Under the pieces are notes generated by a model. It did no database searches. It saw only the letters and a program-made list of their open reading frames with translations, and was not told where the DNA came from. 32,000 nt of DNA from Candidatus Brocadia sp. (GTDB lineage Bacteria; Planctomycetota; Brocadiia; Brocadiales; Brocadiaceae), in the NCBI GenBank assembly GCA_021650915.1, contig CP091279.1, forward strand, positions 1,800,001-1,832,000. The letters are read 5' to 3'. Each line of letters starts with the position of its first letter. Position 1 is the first letter of the stretch. The translations under genes were made by a program, and so were the position numbers. Below are positions 8,641-17,747 of this stretch, piece after piece.

Positions 8641-8880
8641 CCCACAAGGTTTATGATATGGATTAAGAGGCAAAGGCAGAAAAGCTTTTTAAAAATAGCC
8701 AGAACCAGGCTGTGCAACTGCTAAAAGAGTTTAGAGTTAAAGGCGATTATGTTCATTAAGAGCCACGGAAAATTTTCTGAAGACAAAAAAGATATGGGGT
8801 AGCATAGAGACTGATCTCGACACTTTGAAGGAGGGGGCAAGAACGGAATACGCGAGGCAGGACTATGTCAAATATAAGTG

Positions 8881-8926
8881 CAACCCAACTCCTTGCAACA
8901 AGGCCTTATTGCAAGGAGTTGGGTTG
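8881..8926. repeat. 46-nt near-perfect palindrome (18-bp perfect arms); candidate bidirectional terminator or protein-binding site
   Basis: caacccaactccttgcaa (8881-8898) is the exact reverse complement of ttgcaaggagttgggttg (8909-8926). The 10-nt centre caaggcctta is itself nearly palindromic (aaggcctt). Both flanks are moderately T-rich. Confidence 0.5.
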
Positions 8927-9077
8927 TAGAAATTTCTTGTACTTTAACCAACGCATTTCTTCTGCGGGGGATCTCAAAAAGGCTATAGTAGCAATGGAGA
9001 GTGCCTCCGGCAGCAGAAAAAGTCCACCATCCAGAGGCAGAACAATGCCGCCAATTATTATGCATCCATTGAAATCA

Positions 9078-9293
9078 TCATCGCAATGGGAAGTGGCAGC
9101 GGAATTGATAATGACAGCAAATAACCTTTCTATAGCCAATCAGACCAAAACCCATGCAACCCAATGATAAAAAGGGCCGTGCCCAGTATCCAAGGGAAGG
9201 CCACCCTATTCGTAGATATTCGTAACGCTCTTTTGCGTTATAGATCTGCCGTTTTGTTTCTTTCTTCATGGAACACACCGTTTTCGTCACCAT
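9078..9293 (-). CDS. Hypothetical small protein with one hydrophobic segment, directly abutting the TlpA-like gene
   Basis: 71-aa ORF. Its ATG immediately follows the TAG stop of the upstream gene (AAGTAGATGGTG). It contains a TM-like stretch WARPFLSLGCMGFGLIGY. No family was recognised, and it overlaps other short ORFs. Confidence 0.3.
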   Translation of the reverse strand: MVTKTVCSMKKETKRQIYNAKERYEYLRIGWPSLGYWARPFLSLGCMGFGLIGYRKVICCHYQFRCHFPLR

Positions 9294-9788
9294 CTACTTC
9301 TTTAACAGCATACCGATCTCATCGTCAAATTCTTTTTCAGATACAAAACCAACATGACGGCTGGCAATCTTACCATCCTTGCCATAGACAAGGGTAGTTG
9401 GGTACGCCTGGAGATCGTGCGCTTCGGCAATATCACCGCCTCCAAGGTAAACCGGATAATTGATACCCATCTTTTTCACGGCCGGAGGAACCACTTCTAC
9501 CCCATTTTCATCAAAGGCAATGCCGATAATTTCCACACCCTTACTTCTATGCTTATTATACAGATTTATAAATCCCGGTATCTCTTTCCTGCATGGAGGA
9601 CACCATGTTGCCCATAAGTCGACGATCACCACCTTCCCCTTGTTGCCTTCGATGAGTGCGTTTAAATCAGCAAGTTTTATCTTGTTGACTGAGTCTCCTG
9701 CATGAGAAATCGCGGAGGTTATAAAAAAAATCATTGCAGAAAAAACAGAAATCAATACAAAGTATTTACCGATTTTTTTATTCATCAC
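9294..9788 (-). CDS. TlpA/ResA-like periplasmic thiol:disulfide oxidoreductase (thioredoxin fold)
   Basis: Signal/anchor sequence MMNKKIGKYFVLISVFSAMIFFITSAISHA, followed by the WATWCPPCRKEIP active site. Confidence 0.85.
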   Translation of the reverse strand: MMNKKIGKYFVLISVFSAMIFFITSAISHAGDSVNKIKLADLNALIEGNKGKVVIVDLWATWCPPCRKEIPGFINLYNKHRSKGVEIIGIAFDENGVEVVPPAVKKMGINYPVYLGGGDIAEAHDLQAYPTTLVYGKDGKIASRHVGFVSEKEFDDEIGMLLKK

Positions 9789-9863
9789 AGACTCCGTTTG
9801 AAAAATACTGAGAACTTATTATGTACAATGCATCACCGCCATGGCGAAGCATCCTCTTCTTCT

Positions 9864-12473
9864 CTATACCGTAACCAACGCATGGGAGGTAAAAATTATC
9901 TCTCCATTTTTCATGTCTGCCAAAATCTCCGCTCCTTCGCCAAACTTACCTTCAAGAATTTCTACTGAAAGCGGATTTTCAATCATCTGCTGGATAGTAC
10001 GCTTAAGGGGTCTTGCGCCAAAGTGGGGATCGAAACCCTCCTGGACTAACTGTTCCCTTACCCCGTCAGACACCGTTAAACGGTAATTGTTTTTCAACAA
10101 CCGTTTCTGGAGGTCTTTTAGCTGAATTTCCGCAACCTGCCGTATCATCTCTTTTGATAATCCGTGGAATATGATTGTTTCATCGATACGATTGAGAAAT
10201 TCCGGCCTGAATGCCTCTTTCAACGCCTGTTTCACCTGCATCCTCAATTGCTCCTCGTTCTCAGGGCCGGTAAGGTCCTGTATCCACTGGCTTGCGATGT
10301 TTGAGGTCATGGCAATAATGGTATTTTTAAAATCAACCGTCCTGCCTTGTCCGTCGGTTAATCGCCCGTCATCAAAGACCTGCAACAAGATGTTGAATAC
10401 GTCCCGATGGGCCTTTTCCACCTCATCGAACAAGATAACCGAATATGGTCTGCGCCGAATTGCCTCAGTCAGACGACCACCCTCTTCATAGCCAACATAA
10501 CCAGGTGGTGCGCCAATGAGTCGCGCCACGGAGTGTTGTTCCATGAATTCCGACATGTCGATACGCACCATCGCATTTTCACTGTCAAAGAGAAAGGCGG
10601 CAAGCGCCTTGCAAAGTTCGGTTTTTCCGACACCCGTCGGGCCGAGAAATAAAAAGGTACCTATGGGTCGGTTAGGGTCCTGAAGCCCGGCACGTGCACG
10701 CCGGATGGCATTGGAAACAGCACGAATCGCTTCATCCTGCCCAACGACCCGCTCCCTGAGCCGGTCTTCCATTTTTAAAAGCTTTTCCTTCTCCCCTTCC
10801 AGCATCCGTGTTACCGGAATCCCAGTCCATTTGGAGACGACCATAGCGATATCATCTGCATCTACCTCTTCATTCAGGAGCGACTTATTTTTTTGTAACT
10901 CCTGCAACTCCGTGTGCTTTTGTTTTAGTTTCTGCTCGCATTCTCTGACCACCCCGTATCGAATCTCTGCCACTTTTCCCAAATTTCCTTCCCTTTGCGC
11001 TGTCTGCTCATCAATCCTGGCTTGTTCGATCTTTGCGCTAATCTCTTGGATCTCCCTGATGACCTTTTTCTCATTTTCCCATTGCGCACGAAGCGCACCC
11101 GACTCTTCTTTTAAGTCGGACAATTGCTTATCGATCTTCTCCATACGCTGTTTTGATGCAGTATCCTTCTCTTTCTTCAGCGCCTCCTTTTCGATCTCCA
11201 GTTGCATGATCTTTCGTTCAATCTCATCGAGTTCAACCGGCATGCTATCAATTTCTATCCTCAACTTCGATGCCGCCTCATCAATCAGGTCGATCGCCTT
11301 ATCGGGCAAAAACCGGTCGGAAATATATCGCTGGGAAAGCGTGGCTGCCGCGACAATTGCAGAATCTTTAATGCGCACCCCATGGTGCAGTTCATACCGT
11401 TCCTTCAATCCCCTCAGAATGGCAATCGTGTCTTCTACTGCTGGCTCGCCAACATAGACCGGCTGGAAACGTCTTTCCAACGCAGCATCCTTCTCAATAT
11501 GCTTGCGGTATTCATCCAGGGTGGTAGCTCCGACACAGCGGAGTTCGCCACGGGCAAGCGCCGGTTTCAATAAATTGGATGCATCGACAGCGCCTTCAGC
11601 CGCCCCTGCCCCCACTACGGTATGTAATTCATCGATAAAGAGGATGATCTGGCCTTCTTTTTCACTTACCTCCTTGAGCACTGCTTTGAGACGGTCTTCA
11701 AATTCACCACGGTATTTTGTCCCCGCGATCAGAGCGCCCATGTCCAACGACATGACCCGCTTGTTTTTCAGACTTTCTGGCACGTCTCCATTCACAATAC
11801 GCTGCGCCAGCCCCTCTACAATGGCAGTCTTTCCCACCCCTGGCTCACCGATCAGGACGGGATTGTTCTTCGTCCTGCGGGATAAAACCTGTATAACGCG
11901 CCGTATTTCATCATCACGCCCAATAACAGGGTCCAGCTTTCCCTTTTGTGCTAATTCAACAAGATCTTTGCTATACCGTTCAAGCGCCCGATACTTTTCT
12001 TCCGGATTCTGGTCGGTAACCCTTTGACTGCCCCTGATCTCCTTCAGTGCCGTATAAACAGCCTCCTTGGTAAGACCCGACTCACTGAGTATTCGCCCTG
12101 CCGAAATATTCCTTTGACCCACAAGCGCCAGGAGCAGGTGTTCCGTACTCACATATTCGTCCTTCAGTTTACTTGCTTCTTCCCAAGCAAGATTAAAGGT
12201 GTCCCGAAGCTCCGCGCTCACATAAGCCTGACCAGGCGCCCCTGATCCTCCCACTTGCGGCAATTTATTGACAACATTCATTGTCTTATCGAGAACGGCA
12301 TTCGTATCTACCCCTAATTTTTTCAGAAGCGGCATGACAATACCCTGCTCCTGAGTGATAAGGACTTCCAATAAATGCACTGCCAATATTTGTTGTTGCC
12401 TTTTGGATTCAGCAAGTTCCTGGGCTTCCTGTACTGCCTCCTGCGCCTTGATGGTAAATTTATCAAATCTCAT
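9864..12473 (-). CDS. clpB: ATP-dependent chaperone / disaggregase ClpB
   Basis: 869-aa ORF with a Clp N domain and two AAA+ modules ([15 protein letters not shown] and [15 protein letters not shown]). A long coiled-coil middle domain separates them. Confidence 0.95.
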   Translation of the reverse strand: MRFDKFTIKAQEAVQEAQELAESKRQQQILAVHLLEVLITQEQGIVMPLLKKLGVDTNAVLDKTMNVVNKLPQVGGSGAPGQAYVSAELRDTFNLAWEEASKLKDEYVSTEHLLLALVGQRNISAGRILSESGLTKEAVYTALKEIRGSQRVTDQNPEEKYRALERYSKDLVELAQKGKLDPVIGRDDEIRRVIQVLSRRTKNNPVLIGEPGVGKTAIVEGLAQRIVNGDVPESLKNKRVMSLDMGALIAGTKYRGEFEDRLKAVLKEVSEKEGQIILFIDELHTVVGAGAAEGAVDASNLLKPALARGELRCVGATTLDEYRKHIEKDAALERRFQPVYVGEPAVEDTIAILRGLKERYELHHGVRIKDSAIVAAATLSQRYISDRFLPDKAIDLIDEAASKLRIEIDSMPVELDEIERKIMQLEIEKEALKKEKDTASKQRMEKIDKQLSDLKEESGALRAQWENEKKVIREIQEISAKIEQARIDEQTAQREGNLGKVAEIRYGVVRECEQKLKQKHTELQELQKNKSLLNEEVDADDIAMVVSKWTGIPVTRMLEGEKEKLLKMEDRLRERVVGQDEAIRAVSNAIRRARAGLQDPNRPIGTFLFLGPTGVGKTELCKALAAFLFDSENAMVRIDMSEFMEQHSVARLIGAPPGYVGYEEGGRLTEAIRRRPYSVILFDEVEKAHRDVFNILLQVFDDGRLTDGQGRTVDFKNTIIAMTSNIASQWIQDLTGPENEEQLRMQVKQALKEAFRPEFLNRIDETIIFHGLSKEMIRQVAEIQLKDLQKRLLKNNYRLTVSDGVREQLVQEGFDPHFGARPLKRTIQQMIENPLSVEILEGKFGEGAEILADMKNGEIIFTSHALVTV

Positions 12474-12485
12474 AATGCCTCACAC

Positions 12486-12580
12486 GTAGTGTAAAATTTT
12501 CTCTTTCCCGTACGTTTCTCCGTGACTTCCTTTGCACACTTTCACAAAGGGAATTTGGTTGCTGTTTTACTGCACCAGGT
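12486..12580 (+). repeat. Copy C of a dispersed ~100-bp intergenic repeat family (diverged, head-shortened)
   Basis: Shares gtgtaaaa plus a T/C-rich tract with the 30.9-kb copy. Shares the tail word tttggttgc (12554-12562) with copies at 30947-30955 and, reverse-complemented, at 28093-28101. Confidence 0.45.
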
Positions 12581-12591
12581 ATTTCTGTCAA
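12564..12591 (-). promoter_or_regulatory. Candidate clpB promoter
   Basis: The minus strand reads TTGACA (12591..12586), a 16-nt spacer, then TAAAAC (12569..12564). The -10 lies within the tail of repeat copy C. Confidence 0.3.
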
Positions 12592-12624
12592 ATCCCTGAC
12601 AAGCATACCCTCAGGCAAGAAAAC

Positions 12625-13422
12625 TCACGATCTTATCTGCAGAACGTCTGACATGTTATACATTCCCGGAGACTTTTTAGCGATAAACTTTGCCGCACGA
12701 ATAGCACCCCGCACAAACGTATCACGGGTATGCGCTTTATGCGTAATCTCTATCCGTTCACCCAAACTACCAAAGACAACCGTATGATCGCCGACAACGT
12801 CTCCGCTACGCACCGCATGCATACCAATCTGATCGACGGGTCGCTCTCCGGTAATCCCGGATCTGCCATAGACAACGTCTTTTGCCATTTCACGGCCTGT
12901 TGCTTCACATATCTTCTCGGCAAGTCGCAAAGCCGTACCGCTGGGTGCGTCTTTCTTAAACCGGTGGTGAGTTTCAATAATCTCAATATCAAATTCTTTT
13001 TCAACCATCCTTGCAACCTGACCAACAAGGTTAAACAGGATATTGACCCCAACACTCATATTGGGAGAGACTAAACAGGGAATCACCTGAGATACAGACT
13101 GAAGCTTTTCGTACTGCCTGGGGTTTAGTCCTGTGGTTCCAACAACAAGGGCAATCTTCTTTTTTGCACAAACTTCTGCAATAGCTACCGTTGATTCGGG
13201 CGATGAAAAATCAATCAAAACGTCCGCCTGTGCATCCAATGACGGGGTAATTTTGATACCTGTATCTCCACACCCGGAAACGACACCCACATCTTTGCCA
13301 AGCGACGGGTGTCCCGATCTCTCCACTGCGGCTACCAGCTTTACCTCAGGGTCTTCAACCGCAAGGGCAGCAATCCTTGCCCCCACTCTGCCACAAACGC
13401 CATGTATTGCAATTCCAAACAT
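12625..13422 (-). CDS. dapB: 4-hydroxy-tetrahydrodipicolinate reductase
   Basis: The N-terminal GxxGxxG-type motif HGVCGRVGARIA and the catalytic motif EIIETHHRFKKDAPSGTAL are present. The start at 13422 (MFGIAIHG) has GGAG 6 nt upstream; the ORF-track start at 13437 is a TTG. Confidence 0.9.
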   Translation of the reverse strand: MFGIAIHGVCGRVGARIAALAVEDPEVKLVAAVERSGHPSLGKDVGVVSGCGDTGIKITPSLDAQADVLIDFSSPESTVAIAEVCAKKKIALVVGTTGLNPRQYEKLQSVSQVIPCLVSPNMSVGVNILFNLVGQVARMVEKEFDIEIIETHHRFKKDAPSGTALRLAEKICEATGREMAKDVVYGRSGITGERPVDQIGMHAVRSGDVVGDHTVVFGSLGERIEITHKAHTRDTFVRGAIRAAKFIAKKSPGMYNMSDVLQIRS

Positions 13423-13480
13423 CTTATGCTCCATCAATAATTATAACGCAGTATAACCACCTCAAGAGAAATCCAATTCT

Positions 13481-14368
13481 TCAATTCTTCAATTCTTTAT
13501 TTTTTTTATACCTTTTACTGGCGCTCTTGAGGAAGCTCCGCTCCCTCCATGTCAAATTTCTTAAACCCTCACGATTCACCTTATCGAGGATTTCATCGAC
13601 CTTTACACGCAGTTCGTGATCCTTCGTCAGTTCCCTTTCCTGTTGATGCATCTGCCACTTTCTGAGATACTCCTCTACGCGGTAGGAATACCGAACAAAT
13701 AAAAATCCGTAAACAAGCCCACCCAAATGAGCAAAGTGAGCAACATTATCAGACTTTGGAATAATGCAACTAAAGATCGTAAGACTGGCAAAGATCAGAA
13801 CCAAATACTTTGCCTTGATAGGAAAGAAATAGAAAATGACGGTACTGTTCGGGAAATACATGGCAAAAGCCACTTCTATGGCGAAGATAGCTCCGGAAGC
13901 CCCAAGAATAGGCGTTCCTGGGGTAAACACACAACAACATATCCCGGCAAATATCCCTGCCGTAAAATACAGCGTTAAAAATCTTCTTGGTCCAATTGCC
14001 CGCTCGACTTCACTTCCAAACATCCAAAGGACCAGCATATTGAAGATTACATGCCAGGGATCCGTCGTGCTGTGCAGAAACATGTACGTGAAGAACTGCC
14101 ACAGCCATAAACGCCCGAGCGTATCGGGCGGGTAAAGCCAAAACAACTTGGTAAATTTATCCGAGGCGGGATAATGCCATGGATAGGACGATGCCTGCCT
14201 TAGTTGCTCATCTGTCAGGGTGTTCAGCAATTGCGGCGACCATTGCAAACTCACCGTCGAAAATAGTAGCTGGAGCAGAAACACACCAACATTGGCAATA
14301 ATCAATACCATAATGATGCGCGTCCACTTACTTCCTATATTCATTCCGAAGGTAAGTCTATTATACAT
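13481..14368 (-). CDS. Rhomboid family intramembrane serine protease
   Basis: Multi-TM protein with the catalytic GASGAIFA serine motif and a downstream HLGGLVYG histidine motif. It also has a basic C-terminal cytoplasmic tail. Confidence 0.85.
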   Translation of the reverse strand: MYNRLTFGMNIGSKWTRIIMVLIIANVGVFLLQLLFSTVSLQWSPQLLNTLTDEQLRQASSYPWHYPASDKFTKLFWLYPPDTLGRLWLWQFFTYMFLHSTTDPWHVIFNMLVLWMFGSEVERAIGPRRFLTLYFTAGIFAGICCCVFTPGTPILGASGAIFAIEVAFAMYFPNSTVIFYFFPIKAKYLVLIFASLTIFSCIIPKSDNVAHFAHLGGLVYGFLFVRYSYRVEEYLRKWQMHQQERELTKDHELRVKVDEILDKVNREGLRNLTWRERSFLKSASKRYKKNKELKN

Positions 14369-14512
14369 AGGTTAATCCATCTTATTTATGCCGAATTTGA
14401 TCAATCGTAATACTAATGCTTTTCCATGAAAAGTCAAGAAGTTATGTGCGCCGGAAATCGTTGCCATCGTTGCCGCCACCCTGCTGAAAAAGATATGGCG
14501 ATGCACCGGAAT

Positions 14513-16108
14513 CTATCTGGCAAATAATTTTCTGAATATAAACATCCCGCCAAGAAAGAGAACAATATCTGCGCCCCATATAGCAGGCACCACAGGAACG
14601 GCGGTATCCTTTGCCATCACAATACCAGTGACCACGAGCGGATAATAGAGAAACAGGATCACCATAAAACTCGCTCCCAACCCAACAATGAGATGCCCGC
14701 TCCGCAGCATGATACCCATGGGAATGCCAATAAGAAGAAAAGGGATACACGATAAAGCCTGTGCCAGCCGTTTATGTATGGCAACATCATTTTTCCGCAT
14801 GGCTTCCTCTTTATCGGTAATATCCACCTCATTTTCCAAAACCACAATATCCTTTATCAAGGCATCCCTCTGCGTATTTATCTCAGCAATCGCCTGTGAG
14901 AGAGAAACAATCTTTTCCGTTTCCTCATTCTTTATATCGCTGGCCTCATCAATTTCTTGCTCTATGCTATAGACCCTCCGTTTTTCTCTTTCAATGGTCT
15001 CCTTGATTTCCATGATTTTTTTATCTTTGTCTTCATGCGAAGAACTACTCTGCCTGCTTTCTTTTTTCACCTGTATTAAATTTTCATTGGCAATAAGGAT
15101 ATAATTTTTGGCAATCTTACTCTCATGCTCTAACCCGTCAATCTTTGTTTTTTGCCGGGTTACATTTTCATTCGACCGTTTCAATTCCAACAGAAGGTTC
15201 TCGCGTTTTTTAGACATGTTGGTCAATCCCCCGCGGTGAACAGCAAGTTCCTTCATTAATTTATCCTTGTTTCTTTCTGAATTCACCGACGATTCTTTGT
15301 TTCCGGCCATTTCCAGCGCAATTTCCTTATTGTGCTGATAAAGTTGAAACACCGTCATATAGCGGGAAGAAGACTCACGCCTCTTTTCTTTCAAAGAAAT
15401 CTCGAATGTCGTTTCGTGAAATACACCCAGACGGGGAATTTCTTCCTCTTTTTTGTAATTTGGCTTAAGAAATTCTCCCCGGCGCAGCGTGAGCAACACC
15501 TTATTGTCCGCCTCATCCATGGCAATAGAGCCTTCCTCAGCAAGGATTACATTCGTTACATATTCATTCACATACTCAATCACCGCAATATCTTTATTAA
15601 CGTTATTTTCAACACTCCCCACATAAATTTGGTAGGGATACAAATTGAGTTTTTTCTGGAAGGTTGCCAGACGTCCGGCAAGGATATTATTCAGAGCACG
15701 TTCCTGAAGAACTATTATTCTGAAGCACGACCGCGGCAAGACCTCACAAACCAATGCCAACGTTATCAGGGAAATGACACCCCCAACAACCAATACCGGC
15801 ACAATGATTTTCAGAATGGGCACGCCACTCGCCTGGATAGCAACAATTTCATGGTCAGCGCTCATACGCCCATAAGTCATAGAGGTGGCCGTAAGTAATG
15901 CCGAGGGCAAAGAATAAGGCAAGGCCTGAATAAAGAGATGGGGGATAAGCACCCGCAGGGAAACAATATCGAGTCCCTTATGTAACAATTGTATGGCAAA
16001 CCCTAAAAAGAGGATGAGTTCAAAACATGCCAAAGACGGCAAAAACATCCGGAACCATTCCCTGAGGAGATAGTGCTGTAGTATGGCATGTCTAAACAGA
16101 TTTTGCAT
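14513..16108 (-). CDS. LptF/LptG (YjgP/YjgQ) family permease with a ~185-aa coiled-coil insertion
   Basis: The N-terminus ILQHYLLREWFRMFLPSLACFELILFLGF and the motif GRMSADHEIVAIQASGVPILK are typical of LptF/G, with a 3+3 TM layout. The start is ambiguous: 16108 preferred, with 16141 and 16168 as alternatives. Confidence 0.8.
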   Translation of the reverse strand: MQNLFRHAILQHYLLREWFRMFLPSLACFELILFLGFAIQLLHKGLDIVSLRVLIPHLFIQALPYSLPSALLTATSMTYGRMSADHEIVAIQASGVPILKIIVPVLVVGGVISLITLALVCEVLPRSCFRIIVLQERALNNILAGRLATFQKKLNLYPYQIYVGSVENNVNKDIAVIEYVNEYVTNVILAEEGSIAMDEADNKVLLTLRRGEFLKPNYKKEEEIPRLGVFHETTFEISLKEKRRESSSRYMTVFQLYQHNKEIALEMAGNKESSVNSERNKDKLMKELAVHRGGLTNMSKKRENLLLELKRSNENVTRQKTKIDGLEHESKIAKNYILIANENLIQVKKESRQSSSSHEDKDKKIMEIKETIEREKRRVYSIEQEIDEASDIKNEETEKIVSLSQAIAEINTQRDALIKDIVVLENEVDITDKEEAMRKNDVAIHKRLAQALSCIPFLLIGIPMGIMLRSGHLIVGLGASFMVILFLYYPLVVTGIVMAKDTAVPVVPAIWGADIVLFLGGMFIFRKLFAR

Positions 16109-16235
16109 TTTTACGCCCGATTTACCAGAGGAGTGAAACATCGCAATCCTGGACTCTCCATGAACCAACAGAAAATAGTGACACGAACACCCTGCCCCTG
16201 CTTGTTTGAATGGTTTTCAACTCCTGTATCAGAAC

Positions 16236-17708
16236 TCATCCTAAAAATCTTCTGATCTTACCCGCTGCAATTACATTTTCCGTCACGGTCTCTTTCTTTC
16301 CGGAAAGAATCGCCTGGATGATTTGGGATGTATATTCGCTGTGTAGCAGATTCTCGGTATATTTCACCATACCCAGCGCCTTTTCAATATCATTTGTCAT
16401 TTTTGGAGATATTAATTTTTTGACGTCCCTGTTGTAATATGATGCTGCCAGCGAAAGGTCTTCCAGAAATGACGGGTACGCAGTCCTGAGAAACGCAAAA
16501 TCTTTTTCCGTCAAAATGTGCAAACCCAGCAACTCAGGCGGAAGCCCGATTGAATACAGAGATGCGCAAAAAGAAATTACCCTGGGTAAAGTGATTCCTT
16601 CAACACTTCTTGAATAGCCAAAAAGACCGATATGGAGTTTGCGCATCCTCCGCTGAGGGACAAACCTGGCTATTTCATTAATCAGTGGCGCAAGCTCCTT
16701 CATTTGTCCCCGGTACGCCGATGCCAATCTTTCCGTAAGATCCAGCGCCAGCTCTTCCTGAATAAATACCGGAGCCGTCCTTGCATGGGTGTTAATCTTC
16801 TGAATTGCCTCTGTCACCGATCCTTCATCGTAATCATATTTAAACGCTGATTGGATCGTAAACGTCTGAACACTCGGATATTCCTTCAGGCATTCATTCA
16901 CACTGAGGGGCGACAGATTACCCCGGAAAAGGTTTGATCCCAGACCCAGGATGGGATAGATGGGAATCCGCACCCTTTCCTGCAACGCATGCAACCTCTG
17001 CAAAGCAATTTTAGCAACCAGTATGGCAGACAGCATTCCGTAGTTCAAAGCGGGGTCTGAGCGACCAAGGAATACCCTTTGATAGGAAACAGGTTTGTCT
17101 TTAATATAATTCTCGACCATTGTGTCTGCTGAAAGCATGTAAGGAATGTCCTCGAACAACGGAATAACTTCTATGGTTTCAGGCTTAAATTCGCCGATCC
17201 ATTCCTTTATCGTAATATCCTTCTCAAAACACCGCCGGTGCTGTTTCCCCACAACGAAGTCGCGGTAATAATAATATACCCGATTAATTGCCTCCGTGCT
17301 GGTCGTCATGGGCAGGATTACTTCAAAAATAGGAGGTATGTTCTCTGACCCGTAAAACTGGTGTGCAGTGTCATACGACCGCGGCGTGCTCTCCAGGGTC
17401 TCCAGAAGAATCTTTCCTTCGCTCTTTTCTACCATGGGATTGGGGACGCGAAGCGTAACAAAACAGTCTTTGCCAATGCGATATCTTTTGAAGTAATTGT
17501 CATACCGCGTAAGCAGTTTCTTGATAACAAACTCATCGACTTCCTTTCCTTCACAGTCCCACATCTGTTCATCACACCGGAGATGCGAAAACACATAATA
17601 CGCCTCTTTTATCTCGTCTTCCCCGCGAAAGCATGTTCCTTCAATAAAGAACGGCATCGTTATATTATCCGGATGCTGGGTGCTCATCGTCCTTGGTATT
17701 TTTCTCAT
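16236..17708 (-). CDS. ppcA: Archaeal-type phosphoenolpyruvate carboxylase
   Basis: The N-terminal hallmark IPRTMSTQHPDN and the ~490-aa length are characteristic of atPEPC, whereas bacterial Ppc is roughly 900 aa. AGAGG lies 8 nt upstream of the ATG. Confidence 0.9.
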   Translation of the reverse strand: MRKIPRTMSTQHPDNITMPFFIEGTCFRGEDEIKEAYYVFSHLRCDEQMWDCEGKEVDEFVIKKLLTRYDNYFKRYRIGKDCFVTLRVPNPMVEKSEGKILLETLESTPRSYDTAHQFYGSENIPPIFEVILPMTTSTEAINRVYYYYRDFVVGKQHRRCFEKDITIKEWIGEFKPETIEVIPLFEDIPYMLSADTMVENYIKDKPVSYQRVFLGRSDPALNYGMLSAILVAKIALQRLHALQERVRIPIYPILGLGSNLFRGNLSPLSVNECLKEYPSVQTFTIQSAFKYDYDEGSVTEAIQKINTHARTAPVFIQEELALDLTERLASAYRGQMKELAPLINEIARFVPQRRMRKLHIGLFGYSRSVEGITLPRVISFCASLYSIGLPPELLGLHILTEKDFAFLRTAYPSFLEDLSLAASYYNRDVKKLISPKMTNDIEKALGMVKYTENLLHSEYTSQIIQAILSGKKETVTENVIAAGKIRRFLG

Positions 17709-17747
17709 GTCTGCAACCTCTTAACACACAACAATATGTTCAACTCC

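Noticed and set aside
8865-9167. 100-aa plus-strand ORF spanning the 46-nt palindrome.
   Set aside because: It reads straight through a perfect inverted repeat and has no SD at proper spacing. Its composition is not protein-like, and it overlaps three minus-strand ORFs of equal weakness.
9812-9850. CGCCATGGCG palindrome between clpB and the TlpA-like gene, considered as a clpB terminator.
   Set aside because: It is a 10-bp palindrome with no loop. As RNA only a 3-bp stem could form, flanking bases do not extend the stem, and there is no U-tract.
10705-12027. Long plus-strand ORFs (250 aa and 174 aa; Ser/Cys/Phe-rich) antisense to clpB.
   Set aside because: They lie entirely inside the very confidently identified clpB gene on the opposite strand. 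They have low-complexity composition and no recognisable motifs, which is typical of antisense shadow ORFs.
15332-15898. 188-aa plus-strand ORF antisense to the LptF/G-family gene. Similar antisense ORFs lie at 6869-7225, 17361-17780, 22141-22536, 26057-26491 and 29640-30032.
   Set aside because: Each is embedded in a well-supported gene on the other strand. None has an SD or recognisable domains.
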